From: Candidatus Hydrogenedentota bacterium
Lineage (GTDB): Bacteria > Hydrogenedentota > Hydrogenedentia > Hydrogenedentales > JAEUWI01
Direction of reading: 5' to 3'
NCBI GenBank assembly: GCA_034669905.1
Contig: JAXMOL010000035.1
Coordinates: 1 to 64,000 of the forward strand
Length of the DNA stretch: 64,000 nucleotides
A program made the position numbers and the translations under genes. Under the pieces are notes generated by a model. That model searched no databases. It was not told the DNA's origin and was given only the letters and a program-made list of their open reading frames with translations. This document shows, one piece after another, positions 8,489 through 18,152 of the stretch (positions are counted from its first letter, which is position 1; each line of letters opens with the position of its first letter).

Positions 8489-9378
8489 GCGAGGCCTCTC
8501 TCCTGGAACAGGCCGAATCGGGCACCTCCCTCTGGCAGGATGCCTGGCACCGGCTGCAAAAAAATAAGTTGGCTGTCGCCAGTGCCGTGGTGCTGATACT
8601 GGTCGTGGTGATTACATTGTTGGGGCCGTGGATCATTGCCCTGACACAAGGTTACAGCTACCGCGACCAGGATACGGCCCTGGGCGCATCGCCCCCCTCG
8701 GCGGCCCACTGGTTTGGCACCGACACCTTGGGCCGGGACCTGTTGGTCCGCACCCTCTATGGTGGCCGTATTTCCCTCATGGTGGGACTGGTGGCCACGT
8801 GTGTCTCGATGATTATCGGCGTGTCCTACGGGGCCATCGCGGGCTTTGCCGGTGGCCGGACGGACCAGGCCATGATGCGGGTGGTGGATGTGCTCTACGC
8901 CCTGCCCTTTACCATCTTTGTGATCATATTGATGGTGCTTTTCGGGCGAAATATCTTCCTGCTCTTCTTCGCCATTGGTGCGGTGGAGTGGTTGACCATG
9001 GCGCGTATCGTGCGCAGCCAGGTGATCTCCCTGCGGGAGAAAGAATTTATCGAAGCGACCCAGGTGATGGGCTTTCGCCGCCGTCAGATTATTTTCCAAC
9101 ACATCATCCCCAACTCCCTGGGGCCGGTCATTGTCTACGTGACGCTCACGGTGCCCCAGGTCATGTTGCTGGAGGCCTTCCTGAGTTTCCTTGGACTCGG
9201 GGTCCAGCCGCCCATGAGCAGCTGGGGCGTGTTGATCGAAGACGGCGTCCGCACCATGGAAGAGTATCCCTGGATGCTACTGTTCCCGAGTCTGGCCCTG
9301 TCGGCCACCCTGTTCGCGTTGAACTTCCTCGGCGACGGCCTCCGGGACGCCCTCGACCCCAAAGCCTCGAAGGATTAG
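8485..9378 (+). CDS. oppC: Oligopeptide ABC transporter permease
   Basis: ATGA overlap with oppB; HWFGTDTLGRD, EAFLSFLGLG and GDGLRDALDP. Confidence 0.93.
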   Translation: MSEASLLEQAESGTSLWQDAWHRLQKNKLAVASAVVLILVVVITLLGPWIIALTQGYSYRDQDTALGASPPSAAHWFGTDTLGRDLLVRTLYGGRISLMVGLVATCVSMIIGVSYGAIAGFAGGRTDQAMMRVVDVLYALPFTIFVIILMVLFGRNIFLLFFAIGAVEWLTMARIVRSQVISLREKEFIEATQVMGFRRRQIIFQHIIPNSLGPVIVYVTLTVPQVMLLEAFLSFLGLGVQPPMSSWGVLIEDGVRTMEEYPWMLLFPSLALSATLFALNFLGDGLRDALDPKASKD

Positions 9379-9482
9379 ATCGTTGGCCGCGAAAGAACAC
9401 AAAGAAACCGAGCGCTCGTTACGACGGTCTTCCGTCGTAATGCCTACCGTTCCGCTCCCGCGGAACTTGGGACGCGCGTGAT

Positions 9483-10490
9483 ATGCCCTTGCTTGAGGTA
9501 GACAATCTCCAAACCGCCTTCCACACGCGCGATGGCATTGTCCGTGCGGTGAATGGCGTCTCCTACGCGATTGAACCCGGTGAAACCCTGGGCATCGTGG
9601 GCGAATCCGGCTCAGGTAAATCGGTGTCCCAGTATTCGCTGTTGGGCCTCTTGCCCACCCCGCCCGCCAAAATAGAATCGGGCACCGCCCGCTTTGAAGG
9701 CACCGATTTGTTGTCGGCCAGCCCCGCCGAATTGCGGAAGATTCGCGGCGGCCGCATTGCCATGATTTTCCAGGACCCCATGACCGCGTTAAACCCTTTC
9801 ATGCGCGTGGGGAAACAGCTTTCCGAACCCTTGCTGCTTCATGGTGATGTGGACAACGCCACCGCGCGCAAGGAAGCGATTCAGGCCCTGAGTGACGTGG
9901 GCATTCAGGATGCCGAGGTGGCCCTCAACCGCTTTCCCCATGAGTTTTCCGGGGGGATGCGTCAGCGCATTATGATCGCCATGGCCCTCATCACCCGGCC
10001 CGCGCTCTTGATTGCCGACGAGCCAACGACGGCGTTGGATGTAACCGTGCAGGCCCAAATCTTATCGCTCATCAAAAAGCGCCAGGAAGAGTTGGGCATG
10101 GCGGTCGTCATGATTACCCATGATCTGGGCGTGATAGCGGCGACCTGTGACCGGGTGCTGGTTATGTATGCCGGGCAGGTGGTCGAATCGGCTACCCGGA
10201 CGGAATTGTTTCGCCAGTCGGCCCATCCTTATACGCAGGCGCTTATGGCCTCTATGCCGGCCCTGCACCACGAAGGAGAAGCCCTTTACACCATACCGGG
10301 ATTGCCACCCGACATGACCCGGCCCATTCCCGGCTGTGCCTTTGCGCCCCGTTGCGCCCATGCCGAGCCGGCCTGTCAGGAAACCGCACCGACGCTGCAG
10401 GCCCTCTCCCCCGAACACGGCACGGCCTGTTTGCGCATTCAATCGGGGAGTCTCACCCGGGAGCAACTGCACGCGGAGACCCAGGTATGA
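9483..10490 (+). CDS. oppD: Oligopeptide ABC transporter ATP-binding subunit
   Basis: Walker A GESGSGKS, signature FSGGMRQR, DEPTTALD and C-terminal GCAFAPRC. Confidence 0.93.
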   Translation: MPLLEVDNLQTAFHTRDGIVRAVNGVSYAIEPGETLGIVGESGSGKSVSQYSLLGLLPTPPAKIESGTARFEGTDLLSASPAELRKIRGGRIAMIFQDPMTALNPFMRVGKQLSEPLLLHGDVDNATARKEAIQALSDVGIQDAEVALNRFPHEFSGGMRQRIMIAMALITRPALLIADEPTTALDVTVQAQILSLIKKRQEELGMAVVMITHDLGVIAATCDRVLVMYAGQVVESATRTELFRQSAHPYTQALMASMPALHHEGEALYTIPGLPPDMTRPIPGCAFAPRCAHAEPACQETAPTLQALSPEHGTACLRIQSGSLTREQLHAETQV

Positions 10491-11488
10491 ATGATTCGCT
10501 GCTGACGGTCAACGACGTGAAGACCCACTTCCAGGTGAAGAGCGGTCCTTTTTATAAGCGCCAACACGGTGTGCTGCGGGCGGTGGATGGCGTCAGCCTT
10601 TCCCTGCGCGAGGGCGAGATTCTCGGGCTCGTGGGGGAATCCGGTTGTGGTAAGTCGACCCTGGCCCGGACCATCATGCGCCTGCTGCCCATTACATCCG
10701 GGGCGGTAACCTTCAATGGCAAAGATCTCACAAACTATGAGCGGGAAGCCCTGCGCCGCGTCCGGCCCGAATTTCAGATGATCTTTCAGGATCCTTACGC
10801 GTCCCTGAATCCGCGTAAGACGGTCTATGACACCCTGGCTGAGCCCCTCCTTACCCATGACATCGTGCCGCGGAGCGAAGTGGCGACTGAAGTGGGCCGC
10901 CTCATGGAGACCGTGGGACTGGCGAAACGCTTTGTCCGCAAATACCCCCACGAATTCTCCGGGGGACAACGCCAGCGCATCGCCATCGCCCGTGCCCTGG
11001 CCCTGCGGCCCCGGCTCATCATTGCCGACGAGCCCGTGTCCGCCCTGGATGTATCGGTCCAGGCCCAAATTCTGAATCTCCTCCGCACGCTCTGTAAGGA
11101 AGAGCAACTCGCTATGATTCTCATTTCCCATGATCTGGGGGTCGTGCGCCACATGGTACACCGCATCGCCGTCATGTACTTGGGGAAAATCGTGGAGCAG
11201 GGGCCCGCCTCGGAAGTCTTTGAGCAGCCGCGCCACCCCTACACCCGTGCCCTCCTGGCCGCCATACTGCGGCCCACGGCCGACGCGGCGGCGACCTTGA
11301 CGGATCTCATGCTCAAGGGGGACCCGCCTTCTCCGGTCAATCCCCCGTCGGGCTGTGCCTTTCACCCCCGCTGCCCCTGGGCGGCGGCCGAATGCGCGGG
11401 TGAAATACCGCCGCTGATAGCCTGTGGCGAAGGACACGAGGCGGCCTGTATACGTCTCGATGCGATCGGCCAGACCGTTCCTAAATGA
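10487..11488 (+). CDS. oppF: Oligopeptide ABC transporter ATP-binding subunit
   Basis: ATGA overlap with oppD (start MNDSLL); GESGCGKST, FSGGQRQR, DEPVSALD and GCAFHPRC. Confidence 0.93.
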   Translation: MNDSLLTVNDVKTHFQVKSGPFYKRQHGVLRAVDGVSLSLREGEILGLVGESGCGKSTLARTIMRLLPITSGAVTFNGKDLTNYEREALRRVRPEFQMIFQDPYASLNPRKTVYDTLAEPLLTHDIVPRSEVATEVGRLMETVGLAKRFVRKYPHEFSGGQRQRIAIARALALRPRLIIADEPVSALDVSVQAQILNLLRTLCKEEQLAMILISHDLGVVRHMVHRIAVMYLGKIVEQGPASEVFEQPRHPYTRALLAAILRPTADAAATLTDLMLKGDPPSPVNPPSGCAFHPRCPWAAAECAGEIPPLIACGEGHEAACIRLDAIGQTVPK

Positions 11489-11587
11489 CGCTGGACAAAT
11501 CGGCGCTTTGGAGCGATACTATCCTTAGAGCGTGTCCAGATGGTGTCTGTGCAACGCGCTGTGTCGGTGGACCGAAAGGAGGTCACC

Positions 11588-12031
11588 ATGGCACCCCAAC
11601 CCTTTATCTATTTCCTTAAGTGGGTCTCCCACTACCACAAGGCCCTGCAGGCACACTATGCCCGGGCCAGTCACCAGCGTCACAATCCGGACGTCAACGC
11701 CTTGTTGGCCTTTCTCGCACATAACGAAGGGGCCTTGGCCCGCGTGATCGAGGCCTACGAGCATGACGCGCCCGATACCCTGCTGAACGCCTGGTTCAAG
11801 ATCTCCCCCAGCCTCGTGCACGTCGTGCGCCCCGATACCTTGAAGTTCGACCCGGATGCGGGCCTGGCGGAGGTGGTGGATCAGGTGCTCAAGGTGGACG
11901 AAGGGCTTGTCGAGGTCTATGAGATGTTACTTCGTCAGGCCAACTCAGAAGATCTGCGTCTGGCGCTGGAAGACCTGATCAGTGAAGAGCAACGGGAAGC
12001 CATCCGCCTGATGGCGTGTGAATTGGTTTAG
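11588..12031 (+). CDS. Hypothetical protein, probable ferritin-like four-helix bundle
   Basis: AAGGAGG RBS before ATG 11588; two helical hairpins, but the diiron ExxH motifs are degenerate. Confidence 0.55.
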   Translation: MAPQPFIYFLKWVSHYHKALQAHYARASHQRHNPDVNALLAFLAHNEGALARVIEAYEHDAPDTLLNAWFKISPSLVHVVRPDTLKFDPDAGLAEVVDQVLKVDEGLVEVYEMLLRQANSEDLRLALEDLISEEQREAIRLMACELV

Positions 12032-12093
12032 ACCGTTTACCCGGCTGCGTCCAGCTGCTGAAGCGTCGGGACGACGCGTGATAGACTGGGCGC

Positions 12094-12801
12094 ATGTTTG
12101 GTGAACGGTTAAATCAGGTTCGTTCCTGGCTGGTCCATGGTTACACGGCCAGTGGCGGTGTACTGGGCTTCTTTGCCCTGTTGGCCGCTGTCGACGGGTC
12201 ACCCCGACAGGCTTTTCTGTTGTTGATGGTGGCCTTCTTTATCGACGTGACCGATGGGCTCCTCGCGCGGTGGGCCCGGGTACAGATCCATTTGCCCCGC
12301 TTCAGCGGGGCGCGGATGGACGATGCGGTCGACGTTTTCACCTATATCTACGTGCCGCTTTTTATTGTCGTGAATGAGGGACTCCTCCCCCATCCGGCGT
12401 GGATCGTACCGCCCCTGCTGGCGGGCCTCTATGCCTACGGGCAGTGTGATATGAAGACCGAGGACCACTACTTTCTCGGATTTCCTTCCTATTGGAACGT
12501 CGTGGCCCTCTACCTCTTCTGGCTCCAGCCCACCCCCCTCACCACCGTGGTCTGTGTGCTCATTCCCACGGTATTGACTGTTCTCCCCACCCGCTACCTC
12601 TATCCCAGCCGAAACGCCTTTCTCTGGAAAACCAATTTTGTCTTGGGGGGACTGTGGCTGGTGCTTGTCTGTGTGCTGCTGCTTCAAGAGATGCCCGACC
12701 GGCGTCTGGTGCTGCTGAGTCTGGCGTACCCGGCCCTCTATATGGGCCTGAGTTTTTATGCGGATGGACGGGTTCGGCTGCGGGAGAGATATCGCGGATA
12801 G
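12094..12801 (+). CDS. pcs: Phosphatidylcholine synthase-like CDP-alcohol phosphatidyltransferase
   Basis: VHGYTASG, CDP-AP motif DVTDGLLAR...GARMDDAVD and KTEDHYFLGFPSYWNVV. Confidence 0.8.
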   Translation: MFGERLNQVRSWLVHGYTASGGVLGFFALLAAVDGSPRQAFLLLMVAFFIDVTDGLLARWARVQIHLPRFSGARMDDAVDVFTYIYVPLFIVVNEGLLPHPAWIVPPLLAGLYAYGQCDMKTEDHYFLGFPSYWNVVALYLFWLQPTPLTTVVCVLIPTVLTVLPTRYLYPSRNAFLWKTNFVLGGLWLVLVCVLLLQEMPDRRLVLLSLAYPALYMGLSFYADGRVRLRERYRG

Positions 12802-12808
12802 CGCGTCC

Positions 12809-13531
12809 TTAGCCGAGGAGGCTCAGAACGACCATGCGGCCAGCGAGGACGGTGATGAGCCCCTTGAAAAGGAGGATGAAGAGGCGTTCCGAGACGCGGC
12901 CCAGAAGGAGTTTCCCGCAGGCCGTGCCCACGGTGACGGCCACCACCATGCCGGCAAAGAGGGCGGCGTGTTCGACGAGTTGCACGCCGAGCAGGCTGAA
13001 GACCCCCACTTTCAGCAGATGGGTTACGGCCTGGCCGCCCGCCTTGGTGGCGATGATGGTCTCTTTCTTCAGGCCTTCCTTGAGGAAGAAGGGCGCCAGC
13101 AAGGGGCCCGTAGCCCCGACAATCAGCGAGAGTGCGGTGGAGATGCCACCGAGCCAGAAAAATTTTCCCGGCACCGCCGGGGCGGATTTAAATTTGGGCA
13201 ACCACGTCATGAAGAGAATGAAAACTCCCATGGCGAGTTGGTAGCCGGCGTCGGGCAGTTTCAGCACCAGGCGAGCGCCCAGGATGACCCCCACTATACT
13301 GCCCGCGGTCATGGGCAGCAGGATGGTCCAGGCGACGTGGCGCCAGTTTATCGCGAGCCGCACGCTATTGCTGACGAGTTGGACGGCGCCATGGAGGGGA
13401 ATGAGGACCGCCGGTGGAAAGTAGGCGGCCATGATGGTCAGAAGGAGGATGCCGCCCCCCATGCCGAGAAATCCGGAAAGGGTGGCTGTCAGAAAAGCCG
13501 CGGTGATAAGAATGATGCTCTGAGAATCCAT
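12809..13531 (-). CDS. Sulfite exporter TauE/SafE family membrane protein
   Basis: Start reassigned to MDSQSII; SGFLGMGGG, GATGPLLAPF and multiple TM segments. Confidence 0.85.
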   Translation of the reverse strand: MDSQSIILITAAFLTATLSGFLGMGGGILLLTIMAAYFPPAVLIPLHGAVQLVSNSVRLAINWRHVAWTILLPMTAGSIVGVILGARLVLKLPDAGYQLAMGVFILFMTWLPKFKSAPAVPGKFFWLGGISTALSLIVGATGPLLAPFFLKEGLKKETIIATKAGGQAVTHLLKVGVFSLLGVQLVEHAALFAGMVVAVTVGTACGKLLLGRVSERLFILLFKGLITVLAGRMVVLSLLG

Positions 13532-13633
13532 AGGGCCTGTTGGGGTTGGGGTGCTTAGTATACCGGGCCATGGGAACGGTTTCACGATCACACCCTTTGC
13601 TTGCGTGTTGAGTGCTTTGGATACGCGGGGGGT

Positions 13634-13697
13634 GCCACCCACCTGCGGCGCGTCGTGGACCCTCAAGCGGAGGAGCGAAGCGGGGGAAGCTTGTGGG
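13634..13697 (+). repeat. Dispersed 64-bp repeat, family B copy 1
   Basis: 56/64 identical to the reverse complement of 26902-26965. Confidence 0.85.
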
Positions 13698-13850
13698 TGA
13701 ACACGGATAGACCCAGTTGTTGTTCTCCATGCCCAACAAGCCGCACCACAAGACTGAACACAAGGCGGACTGTCGAACACCCCATCCCCTGCCACCACGT
13801 GATAAACAGGACGCCCGAGTTTGGCGCCTTCCCAATGGCTAAAACTTACT

Positions 13851-13897
13851 GTGCTCCACGCACACGACCTCGTTTCACTCGCCATCGCGTGGCACGG
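13851..13897 (+). repeat. Dispersed repeat, family A copy 3
   Basis: gtgctccacgcacacga...tcgcgtggcacgg matches 7385-7455 and the reverse complement of 7237-7287. Confidence 0.8.
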
Positions 13898-14094
13898 GAG
13901 GTTCTGTTATATTTTGTGTCTGGAAGACCAATTGGTGGCGCGGGAGTGCGCCGACGGTTCACCAGTTTCCCCAAGTGGTGATGGGATGACCTCACCCCCC
14001 TACGCCGCCGTGCTTGTCCCCCGGCCCCGAAATACCGTAGCATGTCCGTTTCCGGGTTACCCCTTTAACCAATTCCATGCAACAGGAAACGACT

Positions 14095-15219
14095 ATGAAA
14101 ACAAAATTTCACGCCCTGGCCACCGCGGCCGCGTTGGTCCTTAGCGGTGCTTCGGCATCTGCAGCTGAGCAATCCTTCGATACCATCAAACTGCCCGATG
14201 GCTTCTCCATCAGCGTCTTCGCCGACACCGTACCCGGTGTACGTACCCTGGCCGTGGGTGACAAGGGCACGGTCTTTGTCGGCACGCGCGGGCCGGGAAA
14301 GGTCTATGGCCTCGTCGATACGGATGGCGACCACGTGGCGGACAAGACCTATGTGGTGGCCGAAGGCCTGAAAGTCCCCAACGGCGTGTTGTTCCGCGAC
14401 GGCTCGCTGTATGTGGGCGAGATCAGCCGCATCCTGCGCTACGACGACATTGAAAACAAGCTCGAGAATCCGCCCGAGCCCGTGGTCGTGACCGACGCCC
14501 TGCCGACCGAAAGTGCCCACGGTTCCAAGTACCTGGCCTTTGGCCCTGACGATCGCCTCTATTTCGGCATTGGTGCGCCCTGTGACCACTGCGACCCCAC
14601 GACGGATTTTGAAGACGACCGGCTCGGTACCATCACTTCGATGAAGGCCGACGGTTCCGATATCAAGCCCTATGTGAGCGGCGTGCGTAACTCGGTAGGC
14701 CTGGCCTGGAGCCCCGTCGACGGCACCCTGTATTTCACCGACAACGGCCGTGATGGCCTGGGTGATGACGCGCCGGACTGCGAATTGAATCGCGTCACGG
14801 AAGCGGGCCAGCATTTCGGCAACCCCTACTTCCACGCGGGCACCGTGCCCGATCCCGAGCATGCCGAAGGCAAAAACGTGGACGACTACGTGAAGCCGGT
14901 TCAGAATCTCGGACCCCACGTGACGCCCATGGGGCTCACCTTCTACACGGGTGACCAGTTTCCGGCGGAATATAAGAATAGCCTCTTCGTGACCCTCAAG
15001 GGCTCTTCCGCACGTACGGTAAAAATCGGCTACTGCATCAAGCAGGTCGTGCTCGATGATGCCGGCAATGTGGCTGCTTACAAAGACTTCGCCAGTGGCT
15101 GGACCTATCGCGGCGAATCCCTCGGACGCCCCGTCGATGTAAAAGTAGCGAACGACGGCAGCCTGTTGATGTCCGACGAACAGAACGGTTCCGTCTATCG
15201 GATTGCCTACACCAAGTAA
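14095..15219 (+). CDS. PQQ-dependent sugar/sorbosone dehydrogenase family protein, paralog 1
   Basis: Signal peptide; IKLPDGFSISVFA, GVRNSVG, DNGRD and GRPVDV. Confidence 0.88.
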   Translation: MKTKFHALATAAALVLSGASASAAEQSFDTIKLPDGFSISVFADTVPGVRTLAVGDKGTVFVGTRGPGKVYGLVDTDGDHVADKTYVVAEGLKVPNGVLFRDGSLYVGEISRILRYDDIENKLENPPEPVVVTDALPTESAHGSKYLAFGPDDRLYFGIGAPCDHCDPTTDFEDDRLGTITSMKADGSDIKPYVSGVRNSVGLAWSPVDGTLYFTDNGRDGLGDDAPDCELNRVTEAGQHFGNPYFHAGTVPDPEHAEGKNVDDYVKPVQNLGPHVTPMGLTFYTGDQFPAEYKNSLFVTLKGSSARTVKIGYCIKQVVLDDAGNVAAYKDFASGWTYRGESLGRPVDVKVANDGSLLMSDEQNGSVYRIAYTK

Positions 15220-15239
15220 TACCTCCCACGAATCTACAG

Positions 15240-15274
15240 CGGTGGCGTGTCACGATGATGCGCCACCGTTTTTT
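15240..15274 (+). terminator. Rho-independent terminator between the two dehydrogenase paralogs
   Basis: cggtggcgtgtca/tgatgcgccaccg stem followed by T6. Confidence 0.75.
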
Positions 15275-15354
15275 CTTGTCCGCCAGCGGACCAATCACGT
15301 AGCATGGAGGCGTTGTGTCTTGACCGTCCTGTCCTCCACCCAAAGGAGTCTTTC

Positions 15355-16476
15355 ATGAAAAAAATGCTGCAAGGGATCGCAACCACGGCGTGTGCCCTGT
15401 GTGCCACCACTGCGATGGCCGCCGATCTCCCACTCGATCGAATCAAGCTGCCCGAAGGATTCACCATCAGCGTCTTTGCCGACAACGTGCCCGGTGCCCG
15501 CTCGATGGCCCTGGGGGATAAGGGCACCCTGTTTGTGGGGTCCCAGCGTGCGGGCATGGTTCATGCCGTCCAGGATACGGACGGTGACCAGAAGGCCGAT
15601 AAAGTTATCGTGATCGATGAAGGATTGTGGTGGCCCAATGGGGTGGCCTTCAAAGATGGCGCGCTCTATGTGGCCGAGATCAACCGCATCCTTCGCTACG
15701 ATGATATTGAGAATTCTCTGGAAGCGCCCCCCGAGCCGGTCGTGCTGGTAGACGACTTGCCCAAAGAGCAGCACCACGGTTGGAAGTACCTGAGCTTCGG
15801 TCCCGATGGCAAACTCTACTTTGGTCTGGGTGTGCCCTGTAACGATTGCGATGCGGTGGTGGAACACGATGATCCCCGCTTTGGCACCATCATGCGGATG
15901 AATGCCGACGGTACCGACGTGGAGCCCTATGTGCATGGCGTGCGCAACAGCGTGGGCCTCGCGTGGCACCCGGAAAACGGCGATCTTTATTTCACCGACA
16001 ATGGCCGGGACATGATGGGCGACGACCTGCCCGATTGCGAGTTGAACCGGGTCACCGAAGCGGGCCAGCACTTTGGCTTTCCCTACATTCATGGTGGCGA
16101 CGTGCCCGACCCCAATCATGGCAAGGGCAAGAACCCCGACGACTATGTGAAGCCCATTGAGAAGATGGGACCCCACGTGGCGCCGCTGGGCCTGAAATTC
16201 TATACAGGCGATCAGTTTCCGGCGGAGTACAAACACCGCCTCTTTATCGCCCAGCACGGTTCCTGGAATCGCACCGTGAAAATTGGCTACCGCGTGATGC
16301 AGGTCAAGTTGGACGACGCGGGCAATTCGGCAGGCTATGAAGAGTTCGCCACCGGATGGCTCCACCGGGGCGAGCCCTGGGGACGGCCCGTAGACGTGCG
16401 CGTGGCACCCGACGGGGCGTTACTCGTGTCGGATGACAAGGCCAACGTCATTTACCGGATCGCCTACACGGGCTGA
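15355..16476 (+). CDS. PQQ-dependent sugar/sorbosone dehydrogenase family protein, paralog 2
   Basis: AAGGAG RBS and signal peptide; HHGWKY, GVPCN, GVRNSVG and HGSWNR. Confidence 0.9.
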   Translation: MKKMLQGIATTACALCATTAMAADLPLDRIKLPEGFTISVFADNVPGARSMALGDKGTLFVGSQRAGMVHAVQDTDGDQKADKVIVIDEGLWWPNGVAFKDGALYVAEINRILRYDDIENSLEAPPEPVVLVDDLPKEQHHGWKYLSFGPDGKLYFGLGVPCNDCDAVVEHDDPRFGTIMRMNADGTDVEPYVHGVRNSVGLAWHPENGDLYFTDNGRDMMGDDLPDCELNRVTEAGQHFGFPYIHGGDVPDPNHGKGKNPDDYVKPIEKMGPHVAPLGLKFYTGDQFPAEYKHRLFIAQHGSWNRTVKIGYRVMQVKLDDAGNSAGYEEFATGWLHRGEPWGRPVDVRVAPDGALLVSDDKANVIYRIAYTG

Positions 16477-16505
16477 ATGAAGCCCCTGTAATAACAGGAA
16501 TACCC

Positions 16506-16546
16506 GCAACGCGCGTCTTCACACGAAGATGCGCGTTGCTGTATTT
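16506..16546 (+). terminator. Hairpin, probable terminator after paralog 2
   Basis: 15-bp stem gcaacgcgcgtcttc/gaagatgcgcgttgc with a weak T-rich tail. Confidence 0.6.
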
Positions 16547-16619
16547 GGGGGGTGAGATGAGGGGGCTCAAGGGCGGCTTTAGGACGGCCGAGTTCGAAAG
16601 TTGGACCACGGGTGCCACC

Positions 16620-16700
16620 CAGATGGCTGTGGCTGTCCCAGGGTTTGTGGGGTTGGCCCGGCGCTTTCGTCTCAAACGACGGGACAGCCACTGCCGTCTG
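16620..16700. repeat. 20-bp inverted repeat with GGGACAGCC core (REP-like)
   Basis: cagatggctgtggctgtccc (16620-16639) versus gggacagccactgccgtctg (16681-16700), 2 mismatches; preceded by gggtgccacc. Confidence 0.65.
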
Positions 16701-16795
16701 TGTTTACGGGGGTGGGAGGCATTGTTGTGGCGGCTATCTGGTTGGCTTCGCTACCTGGCGACGTGAGGCGCGGCAGTCCCTGGGTTTTATGCCCC

Positions 16796-16836
16796 AAAAG
16801 AAAACGGGCACGAAGACCGTGGGGTCTTCGTGCCCG
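16796..16836 (-). terminator. Rho-independent terminator of the DUF1800-DUF1501 operon
   Basis: 14-bp perfect stem cgggcacgaagacc/ggtcttcgtgcccg with a T-rich tail on the minus strand. Confidence 0.8.
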
Positions 16837-16856
16837 GGAATGGGTAGCTGTTTGCC

Positions 16857-18086
16857 CTATACGTTTATCAGCTTCATCTTGTCGAAGCTTTCGTCCAATA
16901 CCGTCGTGGGATCGGCGTGGAGCCAGTCGTCGAGGAGGGTGGTGTAGATCCGGCGGAAGTCGGTGCTGTATTTGAGGTCGCCCCGGTCGAGGTCGTCGAG
17001 TCGGGGGGTGGTGCCGTGGACGCCGCCCTGCACTGCGTTCCCCAGGAGGAACATGGGGGCTGCGGTGCCGTGGTCCGTACCGCCACTGCCGTTTTCATTG
17101 ACGCGCCGTCCGAATTCCGAAAAGACCATGGTGGTCACGCGGTCGGCCGTGCCATCTTTTTCGAGTTGTTTCTGGAACTTCGCCAGGGCACCGGCCACGC
17201 CACCGAGGAGTTGCTCGTGCTTTCCGGCCTGTCCGGCGTGGGTGTCGAAGCCACTTGTGGAGACGTAGTAGATGCGCGTGGCCAGTCCCCCGCGGATGAG
17301 ACCCGCCACCGTGTCGAGCTGGTTGACCCGTGCGCCCCGGCCCCCCCGTTGCGGCATGGCAATCTTGCCTTTGTCGGCGGCCATCCGCACTTCGCTGGAG
17401 CTTTCAATGGCGGCCGTGGTGGTGTGGCGGAGGAAGTCGAGGGTGCTGTTCTTGGGGGCCTTGCCGCCGTTGACCGCCTCAAAGGCGCTTTCTGAGTCGT
17501 TACCGGAACCGGGATTCCAACCGAAGCGGGCGGGATTGTCTGTGGCGATGCCATAGCCCAGCGAGCTGCCAAAGGCCTGGGGCCGTTCGGCGTCGAGGGC
17601 GAGGCCGACCTGGGGCTGTGCCGTGCCGCTGCAGTTGTTGTCGAAGTAGCGGCCAATCCAGCCGTCGCCGAGGTATTCATCAGAGTCGCTCGCCGTGTGC
17701 CAGATTTCCATGGAGCGAAAGTGGGAGCGGTCGGGATTGGGATAGCCCACGCCCTGGATGACGGCCAGGTTGCCCTGATCGTAATAGGGCATGAGGGCCT
17801 TCATGGCATCGTTCATGCCGAGTTGGTCATTAAGCTTCAGCAGGCGATTCTGCTTCAGGCCAATCTTGGGCCGGGCCTTGTAGTAGAGGTCGTCTTCGAA
17901 GGGCGTGATGGTGTTGAGGCCATCATTGCCGCCGCCGAGCTGCACCACGACCAGCACGCGGTCATCGTTGAAGCCCTGGATAACCTGCGCCGGGTCGGCA
18001 TAGGCGTCGGTCAGAAACTTGGGGGCCAGACCGAGGCCGGAGAAGACGGCCATGTGTTGCATGAAACTACGACGAGACAGTGACAT
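16857..18086 (-). CDS. DUF1501 family Tat-exported protein
   Basis: SRRSF Tat motif; QLGGGNDGLN, NPDRSHF, GFDTH, SEFGRR and GTDHG. Confidence 0.92.
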   Translation of the reverse strand: MSLSRRSFMQHMAVFSGLGLAPKFLTDAYADPAQVIQGFNDDRVLVVVQLGGGNDGLNTITPFEDDLYYKARPKIGLKQNRLLKLNDQLGMNDAMKALMPYYDQGNLAVIQGVGYPNPDRSHFRSMEIWHTASDSDEYLGDGWIGRYFDNNCSGTAQPQVGLALDAERPQAFGSSLGYGIATDNPARFGWNPGSGNDSESAFEAVNGGKAPKNSTLDFLRHTTTAAIESSSEVRMAADKGKIAMPQRGGRGARVNQLDTVAGLIRGGLATRIYYVSTSGFDTHAGQAGKHEQLLGGVAGALAKFQKQLEKDGTADRVTTMVFSEFGRRVNENGSGGTDHGTAAPMFLLGNAVQGGVHGTTPRLDDLDRGDLKYSTDFRRIYTTLLDDWLHADPTTVLDESFDKMKLINV

Positions 18087-18152
18087 GAAAAAGCTCCTTG
18101 ATTGCGCGGGGCGCTATGGGTTCGGCATACGCCGTGTGGTATTCCAAACAGG

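Noticed and set aside
13532..13885. N-terminal extensions in the ORF track (TauE here; also macroglobulin, flgK, rhodanese, rng, rpoB, rpoC)
   Set aside because: The extensions run through repeats or promoters, and downstream starts have an RBS or match family N-termini.
13890..13906. Possible sigma54 promoter (TGGCACG) upstream of the dehydrogenases
   Set aside because: No TTGC at the -12 position, and the motif is the end of repeat family A.
16536..16975. Short ORFs in repeat-rich intergenic gaps (also 7169-7423, 26664-27054, 29425-29737, 32631-33202)
   Set aside because: They overlap REP-like palindromes or terminators and show no recognisable protein features.
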